Positions 11,801 to 22,000 of a stretch of DNA of 64,000 bases are shown piece by piece; position 1 is the first letter of the stretch, and each line of letters opens with the position of its first letter. The DNA is taken from contig JBHGNT010000009.1 of assembly GCA_043228905.1 (NCBI GenBank), forward strand, positions 15,934,001-15,998,000. Reading direction: 5' to 3'. The position numbers and the translations under genes are program-made. The notes under the pieces are model-generated. The model did not search any database. It was not told the origin of the DNA and was given only the letters and a program-made list of their open reading frames with translations. Source of the DNA: Azolla caroliniana (lineage: Eukaryota > Plantae > Polypodiophyta).

Positions 11801-12393
11801 TCTTCCTCCGCCGGCAGTAGGAACCCGCCCCCACCGATTTTGAGCTCTCGGAGCGTCTCGTCGGTGAAGGTGTGTCCTATGCAGGCCGGATCTCGTAGAC
11901 TAGGGTCCGATGCAACCCCTTTGATTCTCGTCGCGCTGTCCTCCGGTAAGGGTGCCGCGACTGGTCTTACCTTCCGGTCCACAGTCTTGTACTTGGTGCT
12001 TACGTGGGCCGTCCGAACTGACTCGAGCCCTCGACCGAAGTCCGCGATGACTTCGTACATCTCCTCGGAACACACCGGTATCGTCCGGTCTTCGTTAAGG
12101 CCTTCTTCGACTACCTTTCCCAGCATTCCCAAGGTGTCGTCGAATGAGACCGCCTCCACGGCTCCGTTGATTTCCTCGTCAGGGCCGAGAACTCCGCACG
12201 CTCGAAGTCTCCCCTCCACCTTTCTCTTCTCTCGGCCGCCGATGCCGACTATCGCACACGCTCCGCTGTCGGAGAACAAAAATTCCCTACCTACGGTACA
12301 AGGTTTCTTCGGTTTTATCGTACAGGTGTGAGGTTTTCCCGGGGTGTCCGGACTGTCGCGGCCCCACGCCTTGGCAGTCCTCTCTAAAAATCC
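8896..12393 (-). CDS. pol: Pol of E (RT-RNaseH-integrase), reached by a predicted -1 frameshift
   Basis: Frame open from the slippery site to 8896; PHVPWNLKPIP, FLDDI, TVDTS..KRELWG..IETDC, HHCC, MVDL/VADRG/KVERG, WFGPY. Confidence 0.93.
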   Translation of the reverse strand, partial: GFLERTAKAWGRDSPDTPGKPHTCTIKPKKPCTVGREFLFSDSGACAIVGIGGREKRKVEGRLRACGVLGPDEEINGAVEAVSFDDTLGMLGKVVEEGLNEDRTIPVCSEEMYEVIADFGRGLESVRTAHVSTKYKTVDRKVRPVAAPLPEDSATRIKGVASDPSLRDPACIGHTFTDETLRELKIGGGGFLLPAEEDRFRRMLGRHGKAFAFSPEEIGCVDPTIVEPMVIFTVPHVPWNLKPIPVPRAHIPKLMELLRQKVDMGILEPSSAPYSNRWFTVPKKNGSLRFIQDLQPVNRVTIRNAGIGPTIDEFAEAFAGRSIYSVGDLYSGYDQFQLAVESRDITTMRTPLGLVRMCTLPQGGTNSVAHMVNAMNKVLRDCIPDVTMPFLDDIPIKGCPVEEKDETIGPDGCRRFVVTHIDDCEKVLQRLEDARLTFSGEKSAFGQSEIMVVGHLCGPYGRKPSPAKIEAVSAMKPDCSSVTEVRRFLGACAFYHIWIPHYAHVAEPLYGLLKKGRRFEWLDEHAESVRKLKEALAAAPALRKAVYGKGTPVFITVDTSPTGIGWVVNQEDEDGNRFPIRFGAKVLSERQRGYAQVKRELWGIVSAVKADKDYLIGTAVIIETDCLPILGMVSGCATPDLAMLRWIAYIKSLDPEIRHISGKNNAMADMLSRARFDDEDGMVSEDEEVGVDFFEAAYITTDGMSTPALNEFDASKYDGEWLQIGGFLKTMTPDASWTKDEANRIRKKAYRFFLRGGHLWKHPKKRNGVPLRVVAMKEEQEELLAAYHGSPWAGHRGTWATFEKLKGKYWWPGLYRDVHRFVSTCESCQMHSIVRHRDGLRPTYPPTIHFKWMVDLVTMPMGVGQMRYLVLAREDLTNQVEGRALQNKTTAAVCRFLIEDVICRYGCVGKIVADRGELDAEEAAELFDRLGVKLSLTTAYNPEANGKVERGHGPIVKALVRACGGQVGNWPRLLPYALWADRTTHSSVTGYMPTELMFGQKPIMPMERTISSWATVDWRDEMSREDLLAARIRQLERRPEDVETAAERIRVARIKNKARFDRTHRLRPKKIEQGDWVLVYDSSLDNQHRSTRKFARRWFGPYTVQSANENGTYHLAELDGTRIAIPVAGKRIKAFKKRHDDEPDPILLDSSDDRSEAEEGPAGEE

Positions 12394-14510
12394 TCTCGGT
12401 TTTCGGAACCGAGGGAATCGCGGTTACGTTCGTGGTTCGGCCTTACCGTCAGAAACTGGACCGAATGGCGCCCGTCTTGGCTTTTGACCCTCGCGTAGGC
12501 CGAACCATTGTCCAGCACTTTGGTCTCCATTCGCGCCGCCGTGATGTACGGCTCTCCCAGAATGACCGGATGCGAAGACGTCTCCTGCACGAAGAAGTGC
12601 TGGTCTATCTCGACGTCGCCAATCTTGACTCGCACATTCGGACAGGCCCCGTGCAGTTCCTCGGTGGCGCGCGTTGCTGCCCTTATTTTCCACCCGTGCT
12701 TGGTGTTGATCGGCCATTTGCCCTTCTTATAGAAGTCCATGGACATCAAATTGATCTCCGATCCGTGGTCCACCAAAGCTATCACCGGTTCCCGGACATC
12801 GCCGATCTTCACCGGGGTTTCCGTGGTCGCTCGGGCCCAGTGTGGTCTCGAATAGTGGCTTTCCGCCCACTCGTCTCCCAGCGCCATGTCGTCTAGGTGC
12901 GTCGTCCGCACTTCCACCGGTCTTTCCGGTTCTGTCTCCGTCGACAGCCTCTTCCGTTTCACCAAGTCCACGATGGAGTCGTGGAACTCCTTCTTGGCGA
13001 TTCCCAGCACCTCTCGTAACGACAGCTCCACCTTGCTGTCGAGGATCCGTTCCTCCAGGACCTTCCGTAAGTCCGTGGTCCTTTCTATCTCCGTCCCCAG
13101 ACGGTACCCGCCCTTCTGGGGTTTATCTTGCGTACCGGCCCCCCCGGCTTCGTCCCGTCGTGGCCCGGACCGGGTCTCGTATCGTTGTGAGGGCCCGGTC
13201 GTCCCGGGTCTCCCCACCCGCTTCTCTTCTACCAGAGCCTCGTAGTTCTGGCAAGCAGCTTCCACGAAGCCCGTCCTTTCCTCGACCGGGTCGCTCCACC
13301 CGGTCATCTCCCGTACCCGTTTCTCCGCACGGTCCGATTCTTCCCCCTTCATCCTCGTATCGGCAAGGCCTTCCAGCACCGTCGGCCAGAATCCGGCTTT
13401 GCTTTCCCTCCGGGCCTCGCCGCCCCCGACTCGAATGCCGGCCGACGCCGAGTAGTGGACGGTTTCCGCGTGTCGGGCCGCCGCCTCTTCCATCACCCTT
13501 TTCATACCGCCTTTTCCGTCGTTTCGGCTCAGGACCCTTCGGGTGTCGCTGGCATGCACCCGTCCTTCCCACAGGTACACTACCCTGTTCCTCAGCGCCT
13601 CCGCGAAGTCGCCGCAGTCCTTCCGAATGTGGCCGACTTCATCGCACCACATGCACCTGTTTCCTGCCGCCGGCCGTCGGTCACGAGCCGGTTCGCCTCC
13701 TTCCCTTCGGGCCTGCGCGATTTGGAGGTCCTTTATCGCCTTCGTCAATTCTTCCAGCGCCTCTCCTCCGGTTGAGCCTCTGACTACGCCGGTCGAAGCC
13801 GAACCGGTTTCCAACCACTCCCGGGTCTCTTCCTTGCGCACCTGTGGCGCTGGTTCGAGCTTCCTTGCTGCGACCGAGCCCGACCCGGTCGCCCCGTTAT
13901 CCGCCCATTCTCGCCGTTTGTCGAAACGGCCACAGACCTTCCTGACAGCCGCCCAGTCGGTAGTGAGCCCGTCTTCGGTCTCCAGCAAGAAGCCCACTTG
14001 CTCCCGATCCCGCTCGTCGACCGACTTGACAAACAGCAAGACCCGGCTCGTGTCCAGGATGGTTCGGTCGAGCGCCGAAAGGCGCGCAAAGTTTTCCTCA
14101 AACTCCCGGAGGAGCGCCGACGCGTTTCTGCCCTTCCTCGGGGACTCCACCCATTCCATGAACCTTCGCTTCGAAAGCCGGAGCGCGTCGTCCAGCCCGT
14201 ATTTCTCTAGGAGCCGACCTTCGAACTCCTCCCAGGTACGGCTCTCCGTCCGCACCTCGAGCACCTCCGCATGGATGCTCGGCATCGCTACTCGGGGAAA
14301 TCCGGCAAGACGCCTTTCTTCCGGAATGTCCCGCATCAGCATCTCTGCACCGTAGGACGCCAAATACTTCGTGGCATCCTTCCCATCGAACCGGCCGATC
14401 GTGCCGACGACCGCCTCAATAGCTCTGTCGAGGGCACCGGTGCTCTCGCGCGCGTTTACAATCCGATCCACGGCCGAAGCCATGGCCTCTGCGAGATCCG
14501 ATCCCCTCAT
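12384..14510 (-). CDS. gag: Gag-protease of E
   Basis: Open 717-codon frame (track starts at GTG 14537; first ATG ~14510); CMWCDEVGHIRKDC knuckle; ALVDHGSEIN and VILGEPY protease motifs. Confidence 0.92.
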   Translation of the reverse strand: MRGSDLAEAMASAVDRIVNARESTGALDRAIEAVVGTIGRFDGKDATKYLASYGAEMLMRDIPEERRLAGFPRVAMPSIHAEVLEVRTESRTWEEFEGRLLEKYGLDDALRLSKRRFMEWVESPRKGRNASALLREFEENFARLSALDRTILDTSRVLLFVKSVDERDREQVGFLLETEDGLTTDWAAVRKVCGRFDKRREWADNGATGSGSVAARKLEPAPQVRKEETREWLETGSASTGVVRGSTGGEALEELTKAIKDLQIAQARREGGEPARDRRPAAGNRCMWCDEVGHIRKDCGDFAEALRNRVVYLWEGRVHASDTRRVLSRNDGKGGMKRVMEEAAARHAETVHYSASAGIRVGGGEARRESKAGFWPTVLEGLADTRMKGEESDRAEKRVREMTGWSDPVEERTGFVEAACQNYEALVEEKRVGRPGTTGPSQRYETRSGPRRDEAGGAGTQDKPQKGGYRLGTEIERTTDLRKVLEERILDSKVELSLREVLGIAKKEFHDSIVDLVKRKRLSTETEPERPVEVRTTHLDDMALGDEWAESHYSRPHWARATTETPVKIGDVREPVIALVDHGSEINLMSMDFYKKGKWPINTKHGWKIRAATRATEELHGACPNVRVKIGDVEIDQHFFVQETSSHPVILGEPYITAARMETKVLDNGSAYARVKSQDGRHSVQFLTVRPNHERNRDSLGSENREDF

Positions 14511-14532
14511 TTCCTGCTCTTCTGCCGCCTCT

Positions 14533-14550
14533 TTCACGTCGGGTTCACCA
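14533..14550 (-). promoter_or_regulatory. PBS of E, complementary to tRNA-Trp 3' end
   Basis: Plus strand TTCACGTCGGGTTCACCA matches the recalled 3' end of plant cytosolic tRNA-Trp(CCA) plus CCA; 3 nt from the LTR. Confidence 0.85.
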
Positions 14551-16405
14551 AGATGTCGGGGTTGCTACGCCCTTGCGTGCAGAAAGGAGGAGGGACCACG
14601 AGGGTCTTGGACCGAAGAGCAAGAGAGAGCGGAGTAAGAGAGAGACCCGATTACACAAAACCGAAGATTGCACAGGGACACGGCCCAACAAACAGAGATC
14701 ACAAATAAACGCCGACGCAGATGGACGCAACAACAAAAGATATGTACTTATGAATGCAAGAAAATAACAGACTAAAGTATTACAACCCACGGTGGGGCAC
14801 GGAATAGATACTAACGAAAACGAACAGGGCGGCGAACAGATGCCGACCCCTGTACGTCACGACGCACAGGAAGGGAAAACAGGTCGGAGGTGCTGCAGGA
14901 CGCACTCGGGGCGTTCCACGGAACAGCGCAAGCCTCCTCGAAACCTGCACAGGTACGCGATGGAGCAGAAGACAGAGAAAGCAGGAGTGAGAGAGGAGCT
15001 CCGAAATCGGTTCGGCAGCACTTCGTCCTCTCCGCGCGAGATCCCCCACTTCTATTCTTCCTCTTCCTTTTATATCCCGTCAAGAGGCCGTTTGGCATTA
15101 ACTGCATACCAACCGAATCTACCCACCTAGGATCCTCGTATGTACCTACTTCGCCCTTAGGTACTTCTTGGCGCGTGTGTGCGTGTAGAGCCGTTTCCCC
15201 ACGCCTTGTTCCTCCGATTCCTCTTGTGGGCGGTTTTCTTCACGACAACGCGTTGGCAAACGGAGAAGGCGAAGCAGAGGCCTTTTCAGCATATGAATCG
15301 GACTACGAAGGGGAATACAGCATGCACACGAACTACCGTAGTAGCAACGAAACCCCGGGCGGACCGGAGGACGAAGGATCGAATACCTTACCGACACCGG
15401 AACCGGAACCGGAAGTGCTAATGCTGGAACCCCCAGAACCAGCAGAAGAAGAACGACCTCCGACACCGGAAGTCGAAGAGGAGAGGCCTCCGTCACCAAA
15501 GGAAGAGAAACAATCGACACCGGAATCAAATCGGGAAAGACCACCGACACCGGAGAAAATTCTGGAACGAGCACCAACACTACCACCCCGCGCACCGATA
15601 CCAGACGACGACATGCCGTTCCAGTACTCCAAATATAGAGATGATCCGGACGCGGAAGCTCATGTGCACGCCTTTGAACAGACATGGGAAGCCAACCATG
15701 TGTCCCAGCGATTGACCCCAGAAGAAGAAGAACGCTCTAAGATAGCGGAATTTGGCGTCACATTGGAGGGACCAGCAGCAAGATGGCGCCGGACGCAGGA
15801 CCCGTCTACCATCAACACCTTTGTAGATTTAAAAGCTAAATTCATGCATTTTTTTCAAAAGGAGGTGGACCAGACCGTAATGGTAGGCTTATTTTATACC
15901 ATCCGGCAAGAGGCAGGGGAGAGCATTCCCCAATTTGTCATCCAGTTTCAACGGATGCATAGTCAGCTTACCCGTGCACCCCCGGAGGAGGAATTACAGA
16001 CGATATTCCTAAACGCGCTCTGGGAACCCCTACGCACGGTTTGCACGGTAATCGATTTCCGCACAAGTACCATCGACCAGGTCATTGACCGGGTGAAAGA
16101 GATGGAAAAGACAAGCTCCTGGCTCACACTGGGCGCACTTCAATGGGCGTTACCGTCTGATGAAGACCTCCGGTTTCGGCAAGCAATACAGTGCACAACC
16201 TACTTGAATTCCGGACACTCGGCTCTAGAATGCACTATGAGGACGCAATGTGTAATCTGTCAATCCAAGAGCCATACGACGGATAGGTGTGAGTATAATC
16301 TGTTGACTCAGCAAGCACCGCTCGTCCGTCAAATTGAGCCACGCAGCAGCCGGGATGAAGAAGACGAACGCTGGCGACGAATGGACCGTGACCGACCGGC
16401 ACAGG

Positions 16406-16495
16406 ATGTCCGGTATGGCGAGCGACGGGAAAATAATGTCCGGTACGGCGAGCGACGGGAAAATGATGTCCGGTACGGTGATCGGCGAGAGAACT
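16406..16495 (+). repeat. 30-bp coding tandem repeat x3 (VRYGERREND-like) in D gag
   Basis: ATGTCCGGTAYGGYGA.. repeated at 16406, 16436 and 16466. Confidence 0.9.
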
Positions 16496-19086
16496 ATGAT
16501 CGGCATTATCGGTACCAGGATTACAATAGACGATACGAACAGTACGACCGGGAGCACTCCCCCGGGTATCGTCAGCAACGGGAGGAATACGGCAGATATA
16601 ACGGGCAACCCCGTCAAGAGTACCGTAATAAGAGAAGCTATAACAAAAAACGGCATTTTTAAAAAGGCGGCTACCCCCAGGATCCGGAACAAGGAGCTCC
16701 AAGTAGCCAACCGGTACAAAACCCCGCGCGTACCGTAGGACCTGCCCCAGGCACAACAGACAATGCCGAATCTAGCAATGCCCGGAAAGCCTACTGCTAC
16801 TACTGCAGACAGGAAGGCCATTATAGTAACCAATGCCCGGTGAAGAGCTATGAAAAACGACCGGCGGTAAATATGGCAGTCCCTGAGGTGGCAGACCTGC
16901 AGCAGGTGACCACAAGGTCGAAGGGCATGGCCAAAGAATGGGAGACACAGGAGACCATCCGGAAACAAGCAACGGAATGGGTAAAGAAAGCAAACGAGCA
17001 GAATGTCACAGACTTACAACAGCAAAAGGAGAACACCGCAAGGCTTGCCGGCGGTAGTCACTCCGAGAACGAGACATGGCAGGCGTTGCAAGAATGCCAA
17101 ATTACGTTACCACTAGGAAGACTCCTACAACTCGTGCCAAGATTCACGGAAGGACTGAAGACGGCCATGACGACAGGAGAACCATCACCGGCACCGGTAC
17201 TCTTCTCGAATCCGGAGGAGGGACCAACAGTGGTAGACACCAGCAGTCCGGTAATCACTGCCATTGTAAAAGGGAAAGAACTCCCCGGCACATTTATAGA
17301 CGGAGGCTCTGGGGTAAATGTAATAAGCCTCCGGACTTGTGAGGACCTAGGAATCCACGAGTGGGAGCCATGTCCGTTCTGGTTGCGGATGGCCGATACA
17401 AGCTCAGTGCGGCCGACAGGATTAATACGGAAATTAGAAGTCACCGTCGGCGGGCATACATTTCACATCTCGGCCGTAGTGCTACAATTACAGGCACAAG
17501 GCGCATACCCGCTATTGTTGGGGCGGCCATGGTTGAAAACGGCACATATCAAACAGAATTGGCGAAAAAATATAATTACCTTCCGGCGAGGAAAAGCCAA
17601 GGTACGGGTACCAACACAGCCAAGGACGAGCACTGGCAAGGAATGTACACCATTGTATGCGGAATGCGTCAACATGCTAGAAGGGTTAGCGGACGAAGAA
17701 GAAGCTCAATGCCTGCAGGAAAACCCGAAGATCATACCCCTCTTCGAAATTGACATTGCCGAAGCCGTAGCACCGTATTTACCGCAACCGGAAGAGGCGG
17801 AAGCAGAACCGGATAAAGACGCAATCCGGGAGTTACGGCAAGCGCAGGAAGCATTGGAACGGGAAATGGCCGTTTCACAACGCGTAAAAGCATCGCAACT
17901 GGAAGAGGTGAATTTAGGCACCACGGACGAAGCAAAACCGGTGCACATCGCCAAGGAGATGAAGTCTGAAGACAAAACGGCGATGATAACACTTCTCACG
18001 GAATTCCGGGATGTGTTCGCCTGGTCATACGAAGATATGCGAGGACTCAACCCTCAGTTATACCAGCATCAAGTACACTTGAGCAAGGACGCAAAACCAG
18101 TGGCACAAAGACGGTACCGGATGAATCCCAATTATGCTGCCAAGGTCAAGGAAGAAATCGACAAACTGCTAAGAGTTGGCTTTATCCGTCCGGTAAAGAA
18201 AGTGACATGGCTGAGCCCGATCATAGTCGTACCGAAGAAGAACGGAAAAATTCGAGTTTGCGTGGATTACCGAAAACTCAATGCGGCTACGATAACGGAT
18301 GCGTTTCCACTTCCGTTCACAGATGGAGTGTTGGATGCCGTCGCCGGCCATGAGGTCTATAGCTTTCTAGACGGATTCAGCGGGTATAATCAGATCCGGA
18401 TGCACCCCGACGACCAGGAGAAAACGGCATTCGTCACCGAATGGGGGGTGTTTGTGGCCGTGGTGATGATGTTCGGACTCAAAACGGCACCGGCAACGTT
18501 TCAAAGAATCATCATGGAAATCTTTGGTGAATATATACCGGCTTTTATGCAGGTTTTCCTTTACGATTTCGCCGTCTATAGACGGGAGGAGGACCATTTT
18601 CAGCACCTCTGTCTTTGTCTAGAAAAGTGTAGAGCGTACCGGCTAAGCTTGAATCCGGCAAAGTGTGTATTTGGCGTGTCCAGTGGAACTTTATTAGGAC
18701 ATATCGTGAGCCAGGAAGGTATTGCAGTCGACCCGGACAAAGTGAAAGCCATATTAGAAGCGCCGGCGCCGGCAACGGCAAAGGCATTAAGCCGGTTCTT
18801 AGGCCAGATCCGATGGCACAGCCGGATGCTCCGATACTTGGCCGACCTGGCTACACCGTTGCATGCCGCCATACATCGGACACCATTCCAGTGGACCGAT
18901 ACTGAGGATAGGGCGTATAAGGCCCTCAGGTACTATTGTCACAGGCACCGGTAGTACAACCTCCGGATTGGAGTAAAGAATTTCACGTATTCGTGGACGC
19001 CTCCGACATCGCAATCGGAAGCGTACTGATGCAGCTTACGGAACCAAAGTGGTACCGGCCAGTGTACTATGCCAGTCGGAAGCTAT

Positions 19087-22000
19087 TGTTGGGATTTCGG
19101 TCCCTCCGGATGGGATGTCCGGAGATGAATGACGGTAAGCCCGGTTGCGGTTACGGAACCGGATGATGAATAGTACCCGGCTACGGAGCCGGATGAAGAG
19201 ACCCGGCTACGGAGCCGGATGCTGAAGACCCCGGTTACGGAGCCGGATGACGAAGACCCGGCTACGGAGTCGGATGACGAAGACCCGGCTACGGAGCCGG
19301 ATGATGTATGTACCCGGAGAGAGATCCGGATGCGGGGACATATTTGTGAATATGTTTGCCAAGAGCCCTTGAGGCTATATTTGTAAATAGCCCGAAAGTC
19401 ATATGTGTATAAATATGACTTAGGGCAAACAGTTTATTGTTGTTGCTCATTTTTTATGCGAAGTGAGAGCAGCCGAGAGAGAGAGAGAGAGAGAGTGAGA
19501 AAGACGAAGAGGTCGTTGCCTCTGTGTAATACCGCCGCCTGTGGCGAGGATAGCGAGCTCAGGGTCGTCGCCTTGCAGCTCGCCGTTGTATATTTCTCTG
19601 TGCATAGTTTTGGTTTGGAGTCTTGCACTCCCGTGGTTTTTCCCGTATAGGGTTTTCCACGTTAATCCCTGTGTTATCGTGTCTTTCTCTGTATTTCCTA
19701 TTTTCTGCAACAACGATTCGTGTGTTTCCTCGGTTGTGGCCGAGAGGTGAAGGTGAATCGGAGCGTCGATTTCCAACAAGTGGTATCAGAGCGAGTTGCT
19801 GTAGAAAATGGAAGCCGGCAGCAGCGGGCAGCCGGGGATGATGGTGCTGAATGCGCAGAACTACGCCGACTGGAAGATCAAGATGGAGGATCTTCTGATT
19901 GTTCGGGACCTATACGAACCGATTGACAGGTAGGAAATACCGAAGGGGGTACTTGAGACGGAATGGAGGCTTCTGAACCGGAAAGCCGTTGCAACCATTC
20001 GGCAATACGTCGACGTGAGCGTTCTACAACATGTGGCGAACGACACCAACGCATACGAGATGTGGCGGAAGCTGTCGGGCCTCTACGAGAGGAAGAATGC
20101 GTTGAACCGGACCTCCCTGATGAGGAAAATAGTGAATCACAAGTACCGGGACGGCGAGAGTATGGTGGAACACGTAAGCACGTTCATGGGATTCGTGAAC
20201 CAGCTTGCGGCGATCAAGTTCCCGCTGGAGGATGCAATGCAAGCCATCATTCTGATGTGTACATTGCCGGAAAGCTGGGAGAACTTGGTGGTGACTCTCA
20301 GCACCTCCTGCACCGAAGACAACTTGTCTCTACAAACAATAAAGACAAGTATTTTGAACGAAGAAGCGCGCCGGAGAGATAAAGAACCGGCCTCCGACCC
20401 GAAGGCGCTGCTTACCGAATCGGATCGGGGAAGACAATGGAACCGGAGTCCGCAAAGACGGGAGAAGTCGGGGACCCGGTCGCAGTCAAGAGGAAGGCCC
20501 ACATGCTTCCACTGTGGGAAGCCGGGGCACTTCCGGAAGAATTGTCGGCATTACCATAAGGACAACGGAGCCGACGACACCGATTCGAAGAAGTCACCGG
20601 AGAGAAACGGTGCATACCGGGGAGCCACGGACCGGAGAGGTCCGGATCGGCGAGGGCAGGACCGGAAAGGAACGACGGCACTCGCGGCAAGTGAAGAAGA
20701 GATAATGCTCATTACCGAAGAGAGGGAGCTGAACCTTGCCAGTGAAGAGATGACCTGGGTGGTCGATTCCGGAGCGTCGTTCCACCTGACCCCGGAGAGA
20801 AGATACTTCTCATCCTACACAGCCGGTGAGCACGGCTGTGTCCGGATGGGAAATGAAGGTACATGCCGGATTGCCGGCATAGGAGACGTGTGGCTGATGA
20901 CATCAACCGGATGCAAGATGCTGCTGAAGGATGTTCGACACGTTCCGGAGGTTCGATTGAACTTGATTTCGGCCGGGAGGCTAGACGATGAAGGCTACAC
21001 GGGTAGCATCCGGAACGGTGTCATGAAGTTCAGCAAAGGGAGCCTGATAGTGGCTCGGGCCCGGAAGATCAACACACTGTACCTGATGAATTCCCGGCTA
21101 TGTCCGGAGGAGCTGAACGTGGTAGCTGACACTGCCGGTGAGCTATGGCACAAGAGACTGTGCCACATGAGTGAGAAGGGGATGAAGAGGCTTGCAGAAG
21201 ACAACCTCATTCCAGTGAAGCATGTGCACCTGGAGAAGTGTACCGACTGTCTGGCCGGTAAGCAAAACCGGACCTCCTTCCACTCAAGGCCACCGACGAG
21301 ACGTAGCGCACCATTGGAGCTGGTGCACACTGACGTGTGTCAAGTAGAAACGAAGTCACATGGCGGAGCCCAGTACTTCGTGACATTCATTGATGACCAC
21401 AGCCGGAAGCTGTGGACGGCACCGTTGAAGACAAAGGACCAAGTATTGTCCGTCTTCAAAGAACTCCACGCGAGAGTGGAAAGGGAATCCGGCAAGAAGC
21501 TGAAAGCGATACGAGCGGATAACGGAGGGGAATACCGGGGGCAGTTCCAGGAGTACTGTCGCTCGAAGGGAATCCGGCTCGAGTTTACTGTGCCGAAGAC
21601 GCCGGAACTAAACGGGCTGGCCGAGAGGATGAACCGGACCATAATGGAGAGGGTCCGGAGTATGCTGGCGCATGCGAAATTACCCAAGGGGTTTTGGGCT
21701 GAGGCAATGTCGACGGCGACATACGTGATAAACAGATCACCCTCAGTACCTTTGGACGGAGACACGCCGCAGAGAGTGTGGACCGGTAAGGAAGTGTCCT
21801 ACCGGCATCTGAAGGTGTTCGGGTGTCTCGCATACGTGCATGTGGCAAAGGACCGGAGAGGAAAGCTAGATCCAAAGACCCGGCCATGCATATTCCTCGG
21901 TTACGGCGACGACGAGTTCGGCTACCGAGTATGGGACCCGGTCGACAAGAAGATATTCAGGAGTCGAGACATCATCTTCATGGAGGACAAGACACTCGCC

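Larger units (their letters stand above)
8130..15247 (-). mobile_element. Element E: intact Ty3/Gypsy of a Ylt1-like (fungal-type) lineage
   Basis: 694-bp LTRs 8130-8823 and 14554-15247 (4 differences seen); 4-bp TSD ACGC at 8126-8129 and 15248-15251; tRNA-Trp PBS; PPT-like GGTGGGGGCGGA (8824-8835, minus); two uninterrupted ORFs. Confidence 0.95.

Noticed and set aside
14533-14550. tRNA-Trp gene
   Set aside because: Only the 3' 18 nt including CCA are present, adjacent to an LTR; it is a PBS
9108-14708. Many overlapping antisense ORFs of 60-310 aa in E (and likewise in A, D, F, G)
   Set aside because: Expected shadow frames of GC-rich coding sequence; no recognisable motifs
14890-16662. 590-aa ORF as a novel gene
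   Set aside because: Chance fusion of an open frame in the E LTR with the interrupted D gag; the true gag start is at 7900
16654-16666. TTTTTAAAAA as a programmed frameshift in D
   Set aside because: The downstream knuckle and pol are in the same frame as gag, so the TAA is best read as a premature stop
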